NCBI RefSeq assembly: GCF_004010195.1
Contig: NC_057753.1
Span: forward strand, 10,072,104 to 10,120,771
Length of the DNA stretch: 48,668 nucleotides
From: Chiloscyllium plagiosum
Taxonomy: Eukaryota
Direction of reading: 5' to 3'
The notes below the pieces were generated by a model. That model was not told where the DNA came from, did not search any database, and saw only the letters and a program-made list of their open reading frames with translations. The stretch's first letter is position 1; each line of letters opens with the position of its first letter. The position numbers and the translations under genes were made by a program. This document shows positions 34,055 through 45,280 of the stretch, piece after piece.

Positions 34055-34335
34055 CCCTTTGGCCCAACAAGTCCACACCAACCCGCCGAAGCGCAATCCA
34101 CCCAGACCCTTACATTTACCCCTTACCTAACACTACAGGCAATTTCACATGGCCAATTCACCTGACCTGCACATCTTTGGACTGTGGGAGGAAACCGGAG
34201 CACCCGGAGGAAACCCACGCAGACACGGGGAGAACGTGCAAACTCCACACAGTCAGTCGCCTGAGGCGGGAATTGAACCCGGGTCTCTGGCGCTGTGAGG
34301 CAGCAGTGCTAACCACTGTGCCACCATGCCGCCCA
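34055..34335 (-). mobile_element. Young HE1-like SINE
   Basis: Near-consensus A box, GGGTTCAATTCCCG B box, core. Confidence 0.85.
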
Positions 34336-34810
34336 CTTTGGAATATTGTAACTAATGAATCCACTATCTCTGCAGCCACTTCCTTCAGGAGCCTAGGAAT
34401 TAGGCCATCAGGCCCAGGGGATTTGTCTGTCCTCAATCCAAATAGTTTGGTGTGTACCTTTTCCCTGTCAACACTGATTGTTTAAGTTCTACCCTTTCTA
34501 TAGCCTCTGACTTGCCCATTCCAATAGGAAGTGTTCTATCGCCTTCCAATGTGAAAACTGAGGACAACTATTGATTTAGCATCTCTGCCATTTCAGTATT
34601 CCCCCATTAACTCACCGTTTTCATCTTCCAAGTGTACCAATACTTACCTTAGCGACTCTGTTCCCTTTACCGTACCAACAGAAGCTTTTGCTGTTCTTTT
34701 TGATGTTTGGTGCAAGGTTTCTTTTGTAATTTATCTTATCTATTTTTATTAATTCTTTTAGTATCCCTTTGTTGATGTTTGAAAGTTTCCCAATGTTTCA
34801 CCCTTCCAGT
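34335..34810 (-). mobile_element. CR1 ORF2 fragment
   Basis: DKSPGPDGLIPRLLKEVAAEIVDSLVTIFQS. Confidence 0.8.
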
Positions 34811-34889
34811 AGTCTGGAATACCATTTCTGAAAAGGCTGAGAATTAAAAAAAAAACTACATCTAAACCTTTTCTCAACACCTTCATGTG

Positions 34890-35530
34890 GCTGGGGGCCG
34901 GCAAAACCATCGCCCCGCCCCCATGGTCTCCGATTGGTTGGAGGACTCATCCAACCACGCCCCCCCCCCACCGGTTAGACGTCATACATCGGAACCCCGC
35001 CCCTTGCGTGTTGGCGCATGTGCAGTGTAGGTGCTGCAGTGAGACAAAGACAGTGTTGCTGAGTGTGGGAGAGGAATGGCGCCGGTGGCTGAAGGAACAA
35101 GAACAGGAGCCGCTGGAAAANNNNNNNNNNNNNNNNNNNNNNNNNNNNNNNNNNNNNNNNNNNNNNNNNNNNNNNNNNNNNNNNNNNNNNNNNNNNNNNN
35201 NNNNNNNNNNNNNNNNNNNNNNNNNNNNNNNNNNNNNNNNNNNNNNNNNNNNNNNNNNNNNNNNNNNNNNNNNNNNNNNNNNNNNNNNNNNNNNNNNNNN
35301 NNNNNNNNNNNNNNNNNNNNNNNNNNNNNNNNNNNNNNNNNNNNNNNNNNNNNNNNNNNNNNNNNNNNNNNNNNNNNNNNNNNNNNNNNNNNNNNNNNNN
35401 NNNNNNNNNNNNNNNNNNNNNNNNNNNNNNNNNNNNNNNNNNNNNNNNNNNNNNNNNNNNNNNNNNNGGTGAGGGTCAGGCGCATCTTGTCTTGGGGCGG
35501 GGAGCGTGGGCGGCCATCTTGGTGAGGGCA
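34890..35530 (+). promoter_or_regulatory. CpG-rich promoter/first-exon region of the plus-strand ZF gene (spans gap)
   Basis: GC boxes, GATTGG, GACGTCA, GCGCATGTGCA; after the gap GGTGAG donor-like sites and YY1-like GGCGGCCATCTT. Confidence 0.55.
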
Positions 35531-35704
35531 CCATCAACTGTTATTTCTGGGAAAGACTTCCACCCTTGTGGCAGCCCTGGCCTTTGCTGAGCTTAATTCC
35601 CCACACTGTCCAGCGACGTGCAGGTTAGGGTGGATCGGCCGTGCTAAATTACTGCTAATGCCCAAGGATGTTCTGGTTAGTGTTTATCGGCCACACTAAC
35701 TTAC

Positions 35705-35734
35705 CCTGATGAAGGGCTCCTGCCCGAAACGTCG
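35705..35734 (+). ncRNA. Minimal hammerhead ribozyme core in a PLE terminal repeat (PLE fragment 35704-35798)
   Basis: CTGATGA (35706-35712), A, GGGC-TCCT-GCCC stem II, GAAAC, GTC (35731-35733); stem I weak. Confidence 0.7.
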
Positions 35735-35799
35735 ATTCTCCTGCTCCTCGGATGCTGCCTGACCTGCTGTGCTTTTCCAGCACCACTCTGATCTTGACT

Positions 35800-35875
35800 C
35801 CTTCCGCCTGCTGCCGATTTCCGCTCTCGGCCTAGCACCGCCCCGTTTATGACGTCACAACACGGAAGTGGCCCT
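35800..35875. promoter_or_regulatory. CRE, ETS and GC-box motif cluster
   Basis: CCGCCCC, palindromic TGACGTCA and CGGAAGTG within ~35 bp. Confidence 0.5.
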
Positions 35876-36349
35876 ATCAGTTTCAGTGTGAAACACCCTC
35901 CTCTGGGCAACTCCTCATCCTGGGAGGGAGAGAGGGAAGGAAGGGGAAATCTGTTTACTTGTAGCAACTGGAATGAATCTAGGGAGGGAGCAGACTCTGC
36001 AACCTCTGGCATGTGTCTTACTTACCCGAGTGAGGAGGGACGGATGATAGCGATTGGGGAGGAGTGGATACTTTTTCTGTTTTATTTTAAAATGCACCCG
36101 GCTCCCACAAATAAATGCATCGGGTACAAGTACGGCACATGCAATAATCCACATTGCAGCTTCAAGCCAGCTGCAATGGTTTTACATCCTGTTCTTCCTC
36201 CGTCTCAGCTCCTGCATTTCAGTTTCCTTCCCCCATTCCCACCCCCGCCCCAAGACATTGATGCTGCCAAGCTGACACTCAAAAGTTCGGTTGTCCCTCC
36301 ATTCTTTCCCAATTTTCAAAACCCACAAAAGACAACTTTTCCAATCCTC

Positions 36350-36885
36350 TGAGTATCGGAGATGGGAGGTTACGTTGTGACTGTACAGGACATTAGTAAT
36401 GCCACTTTTGGAATATTGTGTGCAATTCTGGTCACCCTCCTATCGGAAGGATGTTGTGAAACTTGAAAGGGTTCAGAAAAGATTTACAAGGATGTTGCCA
36501 GAATTGGAGGGTTTGAGCTTAATTGGTTAGGGCTGTTTTCCCGAGTGTGCTGGATGCATTTATGCACATTTATAAAATCATGAAAGGCATGGATTGGATA
36601 AATAGCCAAGGGCTTTCCCCTGGGTTTGCAGGAGTCCAGAACTAAAGGGTAATAGCTTTAGGGTGGTGTGGATCTACAAAAGAAACCTAAGGACAACTTT
36701 TTAATTCAGAGTGTAGTGAGCATAAAGAATGAGTGCCAGAGGAAATTGTGGAGGCTGGTACAATTATAATATGTGAAAGTCATCTGGATGGTTATATGAA
36801 TAGGAAGGGTTCAGAGAGAAATGGGCCAAGTGCTGGCATATGGGACTAGATTAATTTAGAATATCTGGTCAACATGGACGAGTTA
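36350..36885 (+). mobile_element. 5'-truncated CR1
   Basis: LYRTLVMPLLEYCVQFWSP..VKLERVQKRFTRMLP plus 3' UTR. Confidence 0.8.
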
Positions 36886-38113
36886 AGAACATAAGACATA
36901 GGAGAGGAAGTAAGACCATTCAGCCCGTTGAGTCCACTCACCATTTAATCATGGCTGATGGGCATTTCAACTCCACTTACCCGCACTCTCTCCGTAACCC
37001 TAATTCCTTGCAAGATCATGAATTTATCAATCTCTGCCTTGAAGATATTTAACGTCCCGGCCTCCACTGTGCTCCGTGGCAATGAATTCCACAGGCCCAC
37101 GCTCTATGGCTGAAGAAATGTCTCCTCATTTCTGTTCTAAGTTGACCCTCTCTAATTCTCAGGTTGTGCCCATGCGTCCTAGTCTCCCTGCCTAATGGAA
37201 ACAACGTCCCAGCATCTACCCTTTCTAAGCCATGCATTATCTTGTAAATTTCTATTAGATCTGCCCTCAACCTTCTAAAATCTAATGAATACAATCGCAG
37301 GATCTTCAGCCATTCATCGTATGTTAGGCCTACCATTCCAGGGATCCTTCGTGTGAATCTCTGCTGGACACACCCCAGTGCCAGTATGTCCTTCCTGAGG
37401 TTTGGGGACCAAAATTGGGCACAGTATTCGAAATGGGGCCTAACTGGAGCTTTATAAAGTCTCAGAAGCATGTTACAGATTTTAAATTCCAACGCCCTTG
37501 AGATAAATGACAACATTACATTTGCTTTCTTAATCATGGACTCAACCTGCAAGTTAACTTTGAGAGAATCCTGGACTAGCAATCCCAGATCCCTTTGTAC
37601 TTTGGCTTTATGAATTTTCTCACTGTTTAGAAAATAGTCCATGCCTGTATTTTTTTTTTCCCCAAAGTGCATGACCTCTCATTTGCTCACGTTGAATTTC
37701 ATCAGCCATTTCCTGGGCCACTCTCCTAAACTGTCTAAATCTTTCTGCAGCCTCCCTACCTCCTCAGTACTACCTGCCTGTCCACCTCATTTGTATCATT
37801 GGCAAACTTTGCCAGAATGCCCCCAGTCCCTTCATCCAGATCAATTAATATATAGAGTGAACAGCTGTGGCCCCAACACTGAACCTTGTGGGACACCACT
37901 TGTTACCAGCTGCCATTCGAAAAAACCTTTTATCCTAACTCTCTGCCTTCTGTGAGACAGCCAGTCCTAAATTCATGCCAGTAGCTCAACATGGCCCCCC
38001 CCTTACTCAGCAGCCTCCCGTGAGGTACTTTATCAAAGGCCTTTTGGAAGTCTAGATAGATAACATCCACCGGGTTTACCTGGACTAACCTACTTGTTAC
38101 CTCTTCAAAGAAT
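36886..38113 (-). mobile_element. CR1 RT and 3' end
   Basis: SGVPQGSVLGPQL; VQRDLG; RPHFEYCAQFWSP; TRTHGHNL; TCTTATGTTCTT tail. Confidence 0.9.
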
Positions 38114-38669
38114 TAAATTAGACCAAAGGGGCAGTTTCTGTGCTGTGTACCTCTATGAATCTGGCTTGGCAATAATGTTAGCCATGTCTGTATGTTCAGT
38201 TTGTCTCTAGTGTTGGTGTCAATAGCTTGCTGCCTCATTTCGCTCCCCACCCCAAACCTCCTCGGGACATTAACCATTTTGTCACTGGTTGCTTCTAAAG
38301 AATACTGTATACGTTTGCTTCCCAAAATCAGTCCTGCTCACTCTCAGCAGCGTCCCAGTGTCGTGAAAGATATTAACTTTTCAGCAGAGTGATCCAAAAT
38401 TCAAAGAAATGTCAGTCTTGATGTTTTTCTTTACTGCCCCTGTAAGATCCTGAATCAGCACCTTCAGGAGGATTAGTTAGAGTGGAGAGAGAACAGAGGG
38501 GGAGAGAGGCTGGGATGGTGCTTTCAATTTTGTGGAATAACAAAAGAAAAGAATGTTCCGCAGAAAGTAGAATTGCTTGTTCTGAATTTCTACCCTGAAC
38601 TGACATTGACATTTGTAATCTCTTTACAGAGTATTTGACGATCTGATGACTGAAGTTCCAAAATCAACA

Positions 38670-38791
38670 GATGAAAGGCTTACACCCGAAACGTCGACTC
38701 TCCTGCTCCTCGGATGCTGCCTGACCTGCTGTGTCTTTCCAGCGCCCCACATTTTGACTCTGGCTCTCCAGCTTTCGCAATCCTCACTTTC
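38670..38791 (+). mobile_element. PLE terminal-repeat fragment in the ZF terminal-exon leader, damaged hammerhead
   Basis: GATGAAAGGCTTACACCCGAAACGTCGACTCTCCTGCTCCTCGGATGCTGCC, 40 nt after the acceptor AG at 38628-38629. Confidence 0.85.
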
Positions 38792-38995
38792 ACATCAACA
38801 GGTCCGTGACAAATTTTGACTCTGATTCTGTGAGAAGGAGCAAAGCTCTTTGGTTCCTGTTTCAATATATTTTCTGCATCAGTGGGACTGGATGAGAGAC
38901 CCTACTATTGCAGCACAGTGAGTGTGGAGCCTGAAACAGGAATTCACGTCAGGGAGGGGCTCTATACATGTTTGTGTGCGGCTGAAGATTCGGTC

Positions 38996-40003
38996 ATGGA
39001 GAAACCCGAGGAATCCCGTCCCGTGGAGAAACCATGGAAATGTGGTGACTGCGGGAAAGGCTTCCGTGTACCGTCTGCCTTGGAGACTCATCGGCGCAGT
39101 CACACTGGGGAGAGGCCGTTTTCCTGCCCTGAGTGTGGGAAGGGGTTTGTTCAGGCCTCCCACCTGCTGTCCCACCATCGGGTCCATACTAGGGTCTGGC
39201 GGTCCACCTGCCCCGTGTGTGGGAAGGGTTTTACGCAGGCCTCCCACCTTGTGATCCACCAGCGCAGTCACACCGGGGAGAGGCCATTCTCCTGCGCTGA
39301 GTGCGGGAAGGGCTTTACTCAGGCCTCCCACCTTGTGGCCCACCGGCGGGTCCATACTGGAGAGAGGCCGTTCTCCTGCTCCGAGTGCGGGAAGAGATTT
39401 ACCCACTCTTCCCACCTCCAGGCCCACCAGCGGGTCCACACCAGAGAGAGGACATTCTCCTGCCCTGAGTGTGGGAAGGGCTTTACCCGCTCTTCTGCCC
39501 TGCTGGCCCACCAGCGGGTCCACACCGGCAAGCGGCCCTTCCCTTGTTCTGAGTGTGGGAAGGCCTTCAGCGATTCTTCCACCCTGCTGGCCCACCGGGG
39601 ACTCCACTCTGGGGAGAGGCCCTTTAGCTGTCCGAAGTGTGGGAAGGCCTTCAGCAATTCCTCTGTCCTATTGAGGCACCAGCGGATCCACACGGGGGAG
39701 AGGCCCTTCAGCTGCCCTGAGTGCGGGAAGGGTTTTACCCAGGCCTCCCACCTACTGACCCACCAGCGGGTCCACACGGGTGAACGGCCGTTTGCCTGTT
39801 CCGAGTGTGGAAAGGCCTTTGTCGACTCGTCGGACCTGAGGAGGCACCGGCGGGTCCACACTGGAGAGAGGCCATTCCTCTGCACTGAGTGTGGACGGAG
39901 GTTCACGTTGTCCTGCAACTTACAGAGGCACCAGCGGGTGCACCAGCGCTCTCAACAATTGGATTCTACCAGTGATGCTGCTGTGGGTCACCCTCGGTCA
40001 TGA
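38996..40003 (+). CDS. C2H2 zinc-finger protein, 11 tandem fingers, 335 aa, no effector domain visible
   Basis: Uninterrupted ORF from GTCATGG (MEKPEESRPVEKPWKC); 11 fingers with TGERPF-type linkers; paralog of 20859-21995. Confidence 0.9.
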   Translation: MEKPEESRPVEKPWKCGDCGKGFRVPSALETHRRSHTGERPFSCPECGKGFVQASHLLSHHRVHTRVWRSTCPVCGKGFTQASHLVIHQRSHTGERPFSCAECGKGFTQASHLVAHRRVHTGERPFSCSECGKRFTHSSHLQAHQRVHTRERTFSCPECGKGFTRSSALLAHQRVHTGKRPFPCSECGKAFSDSSTLLAHRGLHSGERPFSCPKCGKAFSNSSVLLRHQRIHTGERPFSCPECGKGFTQASHLLTHQRVHTGERPFACSECGKAFVDSSDLRRHRRVHTGERPFLCTECGRRFTLSCNLQRHQRVHQRSQQLDSTSDAAVGHPRS

Positions 40004-40169
40004 GTGTATTGGGAATATGTTGCATTCTGTACCTTTAAATTATGATCTGCCTTCAAAATGGTCAATTGGTTCACCCAGCAGTTATTGGTATGATCTGAAC
40101 TCAATCCTGAAATTGAGTCAACTTTACACTGGTCTCCTAAAAAGCTGGAAATAAATTTTCTCGGATCTT

Positions 40170-40925
40170 TGCGGTTGTAGAGTCCAACAGCACGGAAACA
40201 GACCCCTTGGTCCAACTATGCTGAACATAACCCCAAACTGAACTAGTCCCACCTGCCTGGTCCCAGCCTATTCCCTCTGAGCCTTTCCTATTCATGTACT
40301 TATCCAAATCATTAGAAAAACCAAAGGAATTCACTCTTCTTAATCATTTATTTCCAAAAGCAATTAAGGGTCTGACTGCTTTCTCCCGCCCCAATCTAAA
40401 TCTGTGCCCTCTAGTTCTGGACTCCTCCCAATCCAGGGAAGAGGCCTTGTCTATTTACCCTATCCATGTCCCTCTGTAAGGTCACCCCTCGGCCTCTGAC
40501 GTTCCAGGGAGAACAGCCCCAGCCTATTCAGCCTCTCCTTGCAGCTCAAATCCTCTGACCCTGGTAATGTCCTTGTAAATCTTTTCTGAACTGTTTCAAG
40601 ATTCACAACATCCGTCCAATAGCAGGGACATTGGTTTGCGCACAGTATTCCAAAAGTGGTCTATGTCCTGCACAACTGCAACATGACCTCCTAACTCCGA
40701 TACTCGATGCTCTGACCAATAAAGGAAAGCATGCCAAACGCTGCTTTCACTATCCTATCTACCTATGACTCTACTTTCAAGAAACTATGAACCTACACCC
40801 CCAAGGTCTCTTTGTTCAGCAACACTCCCCAGGATTTTACCAGTAAGTGTATAAGTCCTGCCCTGATTTGCCTTTCCCAAATGCAGCACTTAAGTAAATT
40901 ACATCGGTCACTACTCAGCCCATTG
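40170..40925 (-). mobile_element. CR1 ORF2 3' fragments
   Basis: Homologous to 25040-25600 and 46435-46940. Confidence 0.75.
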
Positions 40926-41529
40926 TATGCTGTTCAAATAAATACAAATGCCACTTCTGTTAAAAAAAAAAATAGAATGTAGAATTTAGCCAGGTCACAT
41001 GTCTTCAGGAATGCTTTCTCTGTTGTTGTCATTATTATTGAGATGGTGCCTCCTCTAATACATAGAGGTGCCTGTGAAAGCCAGTGATTCTCTCTGAAGA
41101 GCTGAGGACCGTTAGCTCTGGTGAATGACAACTCTGGGCGCTTTGTCCAACTGCAACCTTCTCTTATACCCTTGATGACTAATCAATATTTCTTACAACT
41201 GGACTGCGCCTGTGTTGCCAAAACTATCAGATTTAAATTTAATAGGTGTTTCATGCCTGAGGGTTCAAATTGATTGGCTAAATTCAAAACCTGTTGTCTG
41301 AGTAAAAACTGCTGTTTGACACACTAACTGTATGGCCTTTCCATAAGAAATGTTTCTGTTCAGGTGCTCTCTCTGTCTGCTTGCAACCTTTCCGCTCACA
41401 GACAACAGTTTTAAATTGCTAAGTGCAGAAAAAACACATGATCTTTTAAAGTGACCACGCAATACTTTCCCCATTTTACAATTTTACACACCACCAAATT
41501 CGAACTTACTGCCTCCCAATCTACAGTTA

Positions 41530-42232
41530 CAGAGGAACCTCGATTATCCAAACGAGATTGGCTGGCACTATTTCGTTCGGATAATTGATTAGTCAGTTAA
41601 TTGATTCGCTGCCTGTCCTCTGGGGCTCGGAGTTTTCTGAAGTTTCCTTCTTCCTCGCTCTGCCTGCCTTGCTCCCTCTCTCTGTCTCGGTTTGTTTCTG
41701 AGCAGACACACACTTGTGTGTAAGGGACCTGCAACATTGCTGAAAACCCTGCTGCCCTTTCCCCATGTGTCCCTGTCCCCATCAGCTCCTGTTCGCCCCC
41801 TTAAGTCTCCCATCTACCCCCCCCACCCCCTCTCCAGGCCAGTTGGACTGGACGCCAACAGTAAGACTGCTACTGCCGTTGGGGGGGATGAGTTTTAAAT
41901 TAGTGTATGTGCACACACATGCTACTTTTTATTGAAACTTTTTACCTGTACAGGTAAAATGTTGGAGAGATTATCTGGAGAAGGGAAGTTTAGGCTATAT
42001 CCCTGTGTAGAACTCCGGGGGAAGTGTGGGGAGAGAGGGCGGGCGGTCAGTCATTTGGAGACTGTGCCTGGACTCCTATCGATGTCCAGGACTATTCTCG
42101 GCAGCATTTCAGTAAGCCGAGTGCGTTTTTAATCAATGTTAAAACATCTCTATGTTTCTATCAGGACCTTGATCTTCTTTTGGATAATCCGAAATTCAGA
42201 TAATTGATATTCAGATAGTCGAGGTTCCTCTG
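41530..42232. mobile_element. Non-autonomous Tc1/mariner (Tigger/pogo-like) DNA transposon, 703 bp
   Basis: TIRs CAGAGGAACCTCGATTATC / GATAGTCGAGGTTCCTCTG; TA TSD at 41528-41529 and 42233-42234; subterminal GATAAT repeats. Confidence 0.9.
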
Positions 42233-42491
42233 TACTCTACCCAACTTCACAACACATCACATCTGGAAGATGACACTTCACATCTGCCTTTAACTTAAGA
42301 AAGCGATCGGGTTTAGACTACTTTCGCAAAATCTTTTGAAGGGGGGGGTGGGCATGGGTCCATAACAGTTGTCACTAACTTGTTACCCACTGCCATTAGC
42401 GTATAGTACCCAATAGCTGCCAATTATGGCCACAGTAATGTGGTTTCTTGGCTCAAACACCACAGAGTAGGATATGGTCTGAATGTGTCCC

Positions 42492-43033
42492 TGTAACACA
42501 GACCGCTAAGGACCAGGCCAGACCCCATCAAAACATTTGAAGAATGTAGGCCAAACCCTAACATTTTAACTTTTTTTTTTAGGCATTTGTGAAGTGGATA
42601 TTCCAGGAATGATGCATCTGGTCAAACCACACTGTTACAGCCAAAACAATTTATTTACACACTACAGCTGAAAGAAACACAAACAAAAGAAAACAGAATT
42701 GAGAATAACTTGTATGAAAGCTCAACTGATTATTGCAACTTAATAAAGCTGTTCCAATTCTGCAACATCCTGAAAACAGAGGTTCTTACAGATTTCGGAG
42801 AGTGGAGTCAGGCAAGAAAACATCTATTAAAGCATGTTTCATTGTAGCTGCTTCTCTAGGACCCCTGCTAAAACTACACCAAACTGGGAAAACAAAACTG
42901 AGCTGGGAGAACTGTCTGCTCCCCTTTCATTGTGCAACTGTGTCTGTTAACCATTTTGACACCACTGCTTTTAAACCCCCCCTTGAAAATAACCAGGGAC
43001 AATATAACCTTGTTAAAGGGGCAGGATCGTCCC
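42492..43033. mobile_element. Probable solo LTR
   Basis: Starts TGTAACA; similar length and composition to 26578-27146; no clear CA end or TSD. Confidence 0.4.
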
Positions 43034-43619
43034 GATACCATGTGGTCTGGGTTCTTGTGGAGGCAGATGTCTTGACATTTATTAACAACACTCATTATGT
43101 ACACCGTTACATGATCTCAGGCTGGGACACTGTGCTTATTGATGCATCACATAACTAGAACACAACATGTGGCAGAGTGACTGCATATTGCACTGACTAC
43201 TGAGATGAGGGAATGGCCTTTGTTGTGGAATGCCACATTGTGAGGTGATCCAACTGCCCGAAATATGCATGGTCTTTCTGCAATCCATGCAAAGCTACAA
43301 GAGACTTCATCCTCTCATCTTCAAAAAGGAAGGTGCCGGAACTTCATTTTTAATCTTCCAAAATGTCCTAGGTTCTGAAACCGCCACAGCAGACTGCAGG
43401 ATATTCCTCTCTTCATGGAAGTAGGGATACAAAAGGCAGGAATGGAGAGGCTGCTTGGTTTAACATCAGTCAAAGGGAGAAATCTGCAGTCAGTTATTAA
43501 GGAAGATAAATTGTGACATTTATAAAATCTTGTTGCAATCGGGCAGAGTCGACAAAGGTTTATGAAATTGACTCATCATTGGGAGATCTATTTTAAGAAA
43601 ATAACAAGCAATGTGGATC

Positions 43620-44170
43620 ATTCAATTTTATTTTCTTTACTTTATTATTGTCACATGTACCTAAGTACAGTGAAAGGTTTTGTGTGCAGTACAGGCAGAT
43701 TATACCACACAAGGTGCATCAGAGTAACAGAACTGAGTGAGAATACAATGTAACAGCTGCAGAGAAGATGCACAAAGAGTGACATCAACATTAAATATGA
43801 AATTTGAAGTGTCCATTCAGCGGTCTAGTAACAGCAGGGAAGAAGCTGTTCTTGAATCTGTTGGTCAATAAATTTAAGCTTCTGTGTCTTATGCCAAACG
43901 GAAGAGATTAAAACCGGGGTGGGCGGCGTCTTTGATGTTGGCTGCCTTGCTGAGGCAGCAGGAAGTACACATGGAATCAATGGTTGGAAGGTTGGCTTGT
44001 GTGATGGACTGGGCTGTCTGGGCAACGGTCTGTAGTTTCTTATGATCCTGGGCACAGCAGTTGCCGTACCAAGCCACGATGCATCCAGAAAGAATGCTTC
44101 CAACGGTGCATGTATAAAAATTGGTAAGTCTTTACAGATATGCTGAATTGCCTTAGCCTCCTGAAATAGT
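43620..44170 (-). mobile_element. Rex1/Babar-type LINE 3' end
   Basis: AWYGNCCAQDHKKLQTV..AQSITQANLPTIDS..CLSKAANIKD..HPG. Confidence 0.8.
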
Positions 44171-44174
44171 TTAA

Positions 44175-45280
44175 GTGAGTGCACAAAAGTCTGGCAGTTG
44201 AAGTAAAATGTTTATTAATGTGAAGTCATCCATTTTGTTGGAATAACAGTAAAAAGGCTTATTACTTGAATGGTAAAAATAATTGCAACATGCTGCTGTG
44301 CAGAGAGACCTGGGTGTGCTTGTGCATGAAGCACAGAAGGTTAGTCTGCAGGCGCGAAAGGTAATTAAGAAGGCAAATGGAATTTTGCCCTTCATTGCTA
44401 AAGGGATTGAGTTTAAAAGCAGGGAGGTTATGTTGCAGCTGTACAGGGTACTGGTGAGGCCACACTTGGAGTACTATGTGCAGTTTTAGTCTCCTTATTT
44501 AAGAAAGGATGTATTGGCACTAGAGTGGGTGCACAAGAGGTTCACTAAGTTGATTCCGGAGGTGAGGAGAGACTGAGTAGACTGGGATTATGTTCATTGG
44601 AATTGAGCAGAATGAGATGGGATTAGATTAGATTACCTACAGTATGGAAATAGGCCCTTTGGCCCAACAAGTCCACACCGATCCTCCGAAGAGCAATCCA
44701 CCCAGACCCATTCTCCTAACTAATGCACCTAACACTATGGACAATTTAGTCTGCCAATTCACCTAACCTGCACTTCTTTGGACTTTGGAAATCCACACAG
44801 ACATGGGAAGAATGTGCAAACTCCACACAGGCAGTTGCCCAAGGTGGGAAATGAACCCGGGTTCCTGATGCTAACCATTGAGCCACTGTGCCACCCCTCT
44901 TATAGAAACATATAAAATGATGAAAGAAGTAGCTGAGACAGACCTAGAGAGGATGTTTCCACTGGCGGGTGAAACCAGGACAAGAAGGCAGAGCATCAAA
45001 ATTAGGGGGAGCCAATTTAGGACTGAGTTGAGCAACAACATCTTCACCCAGAGGGTTGTGAATCTGTGGAATTCCCTGCCCAGTAAGGAAGTTGAGGCTA
45101 CTTCAGTAAATGTTTTTAAAGCTAAGATCGATAATGATTTGAGCAGTGAAGGAATTAAGGGATACGGTGAGAGGGCGGGTCAGGGGAGCTGAGGCCATGA
45201 AAAGATCAGCCACGATGTTATTGAATGTTGAAGTGGGCTCGAAGGGCCAGTTGGCCGACTCCTGCTCCTAGTTCTTATGA
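44175..45280 (+). mobile_element. CR1 ORF2 3' part interrupted by a SINE
   Basis: VQRDLGVLVHE..LYRVLVRPHLEYYVQF; LIETYKMM..TRTRRQSIKIRG..QRVVNLWNSLP. Confidence 0.85.
44621..44895 (-). mobile_element. HE1-like SINE
   Basis: Head near 44895, core, (TAATC)n tail. Confidence 0.8.

Noticed and set aside
2782..35537. ORFs containing long X runs
   Set aside because: Produced by assembly gaps
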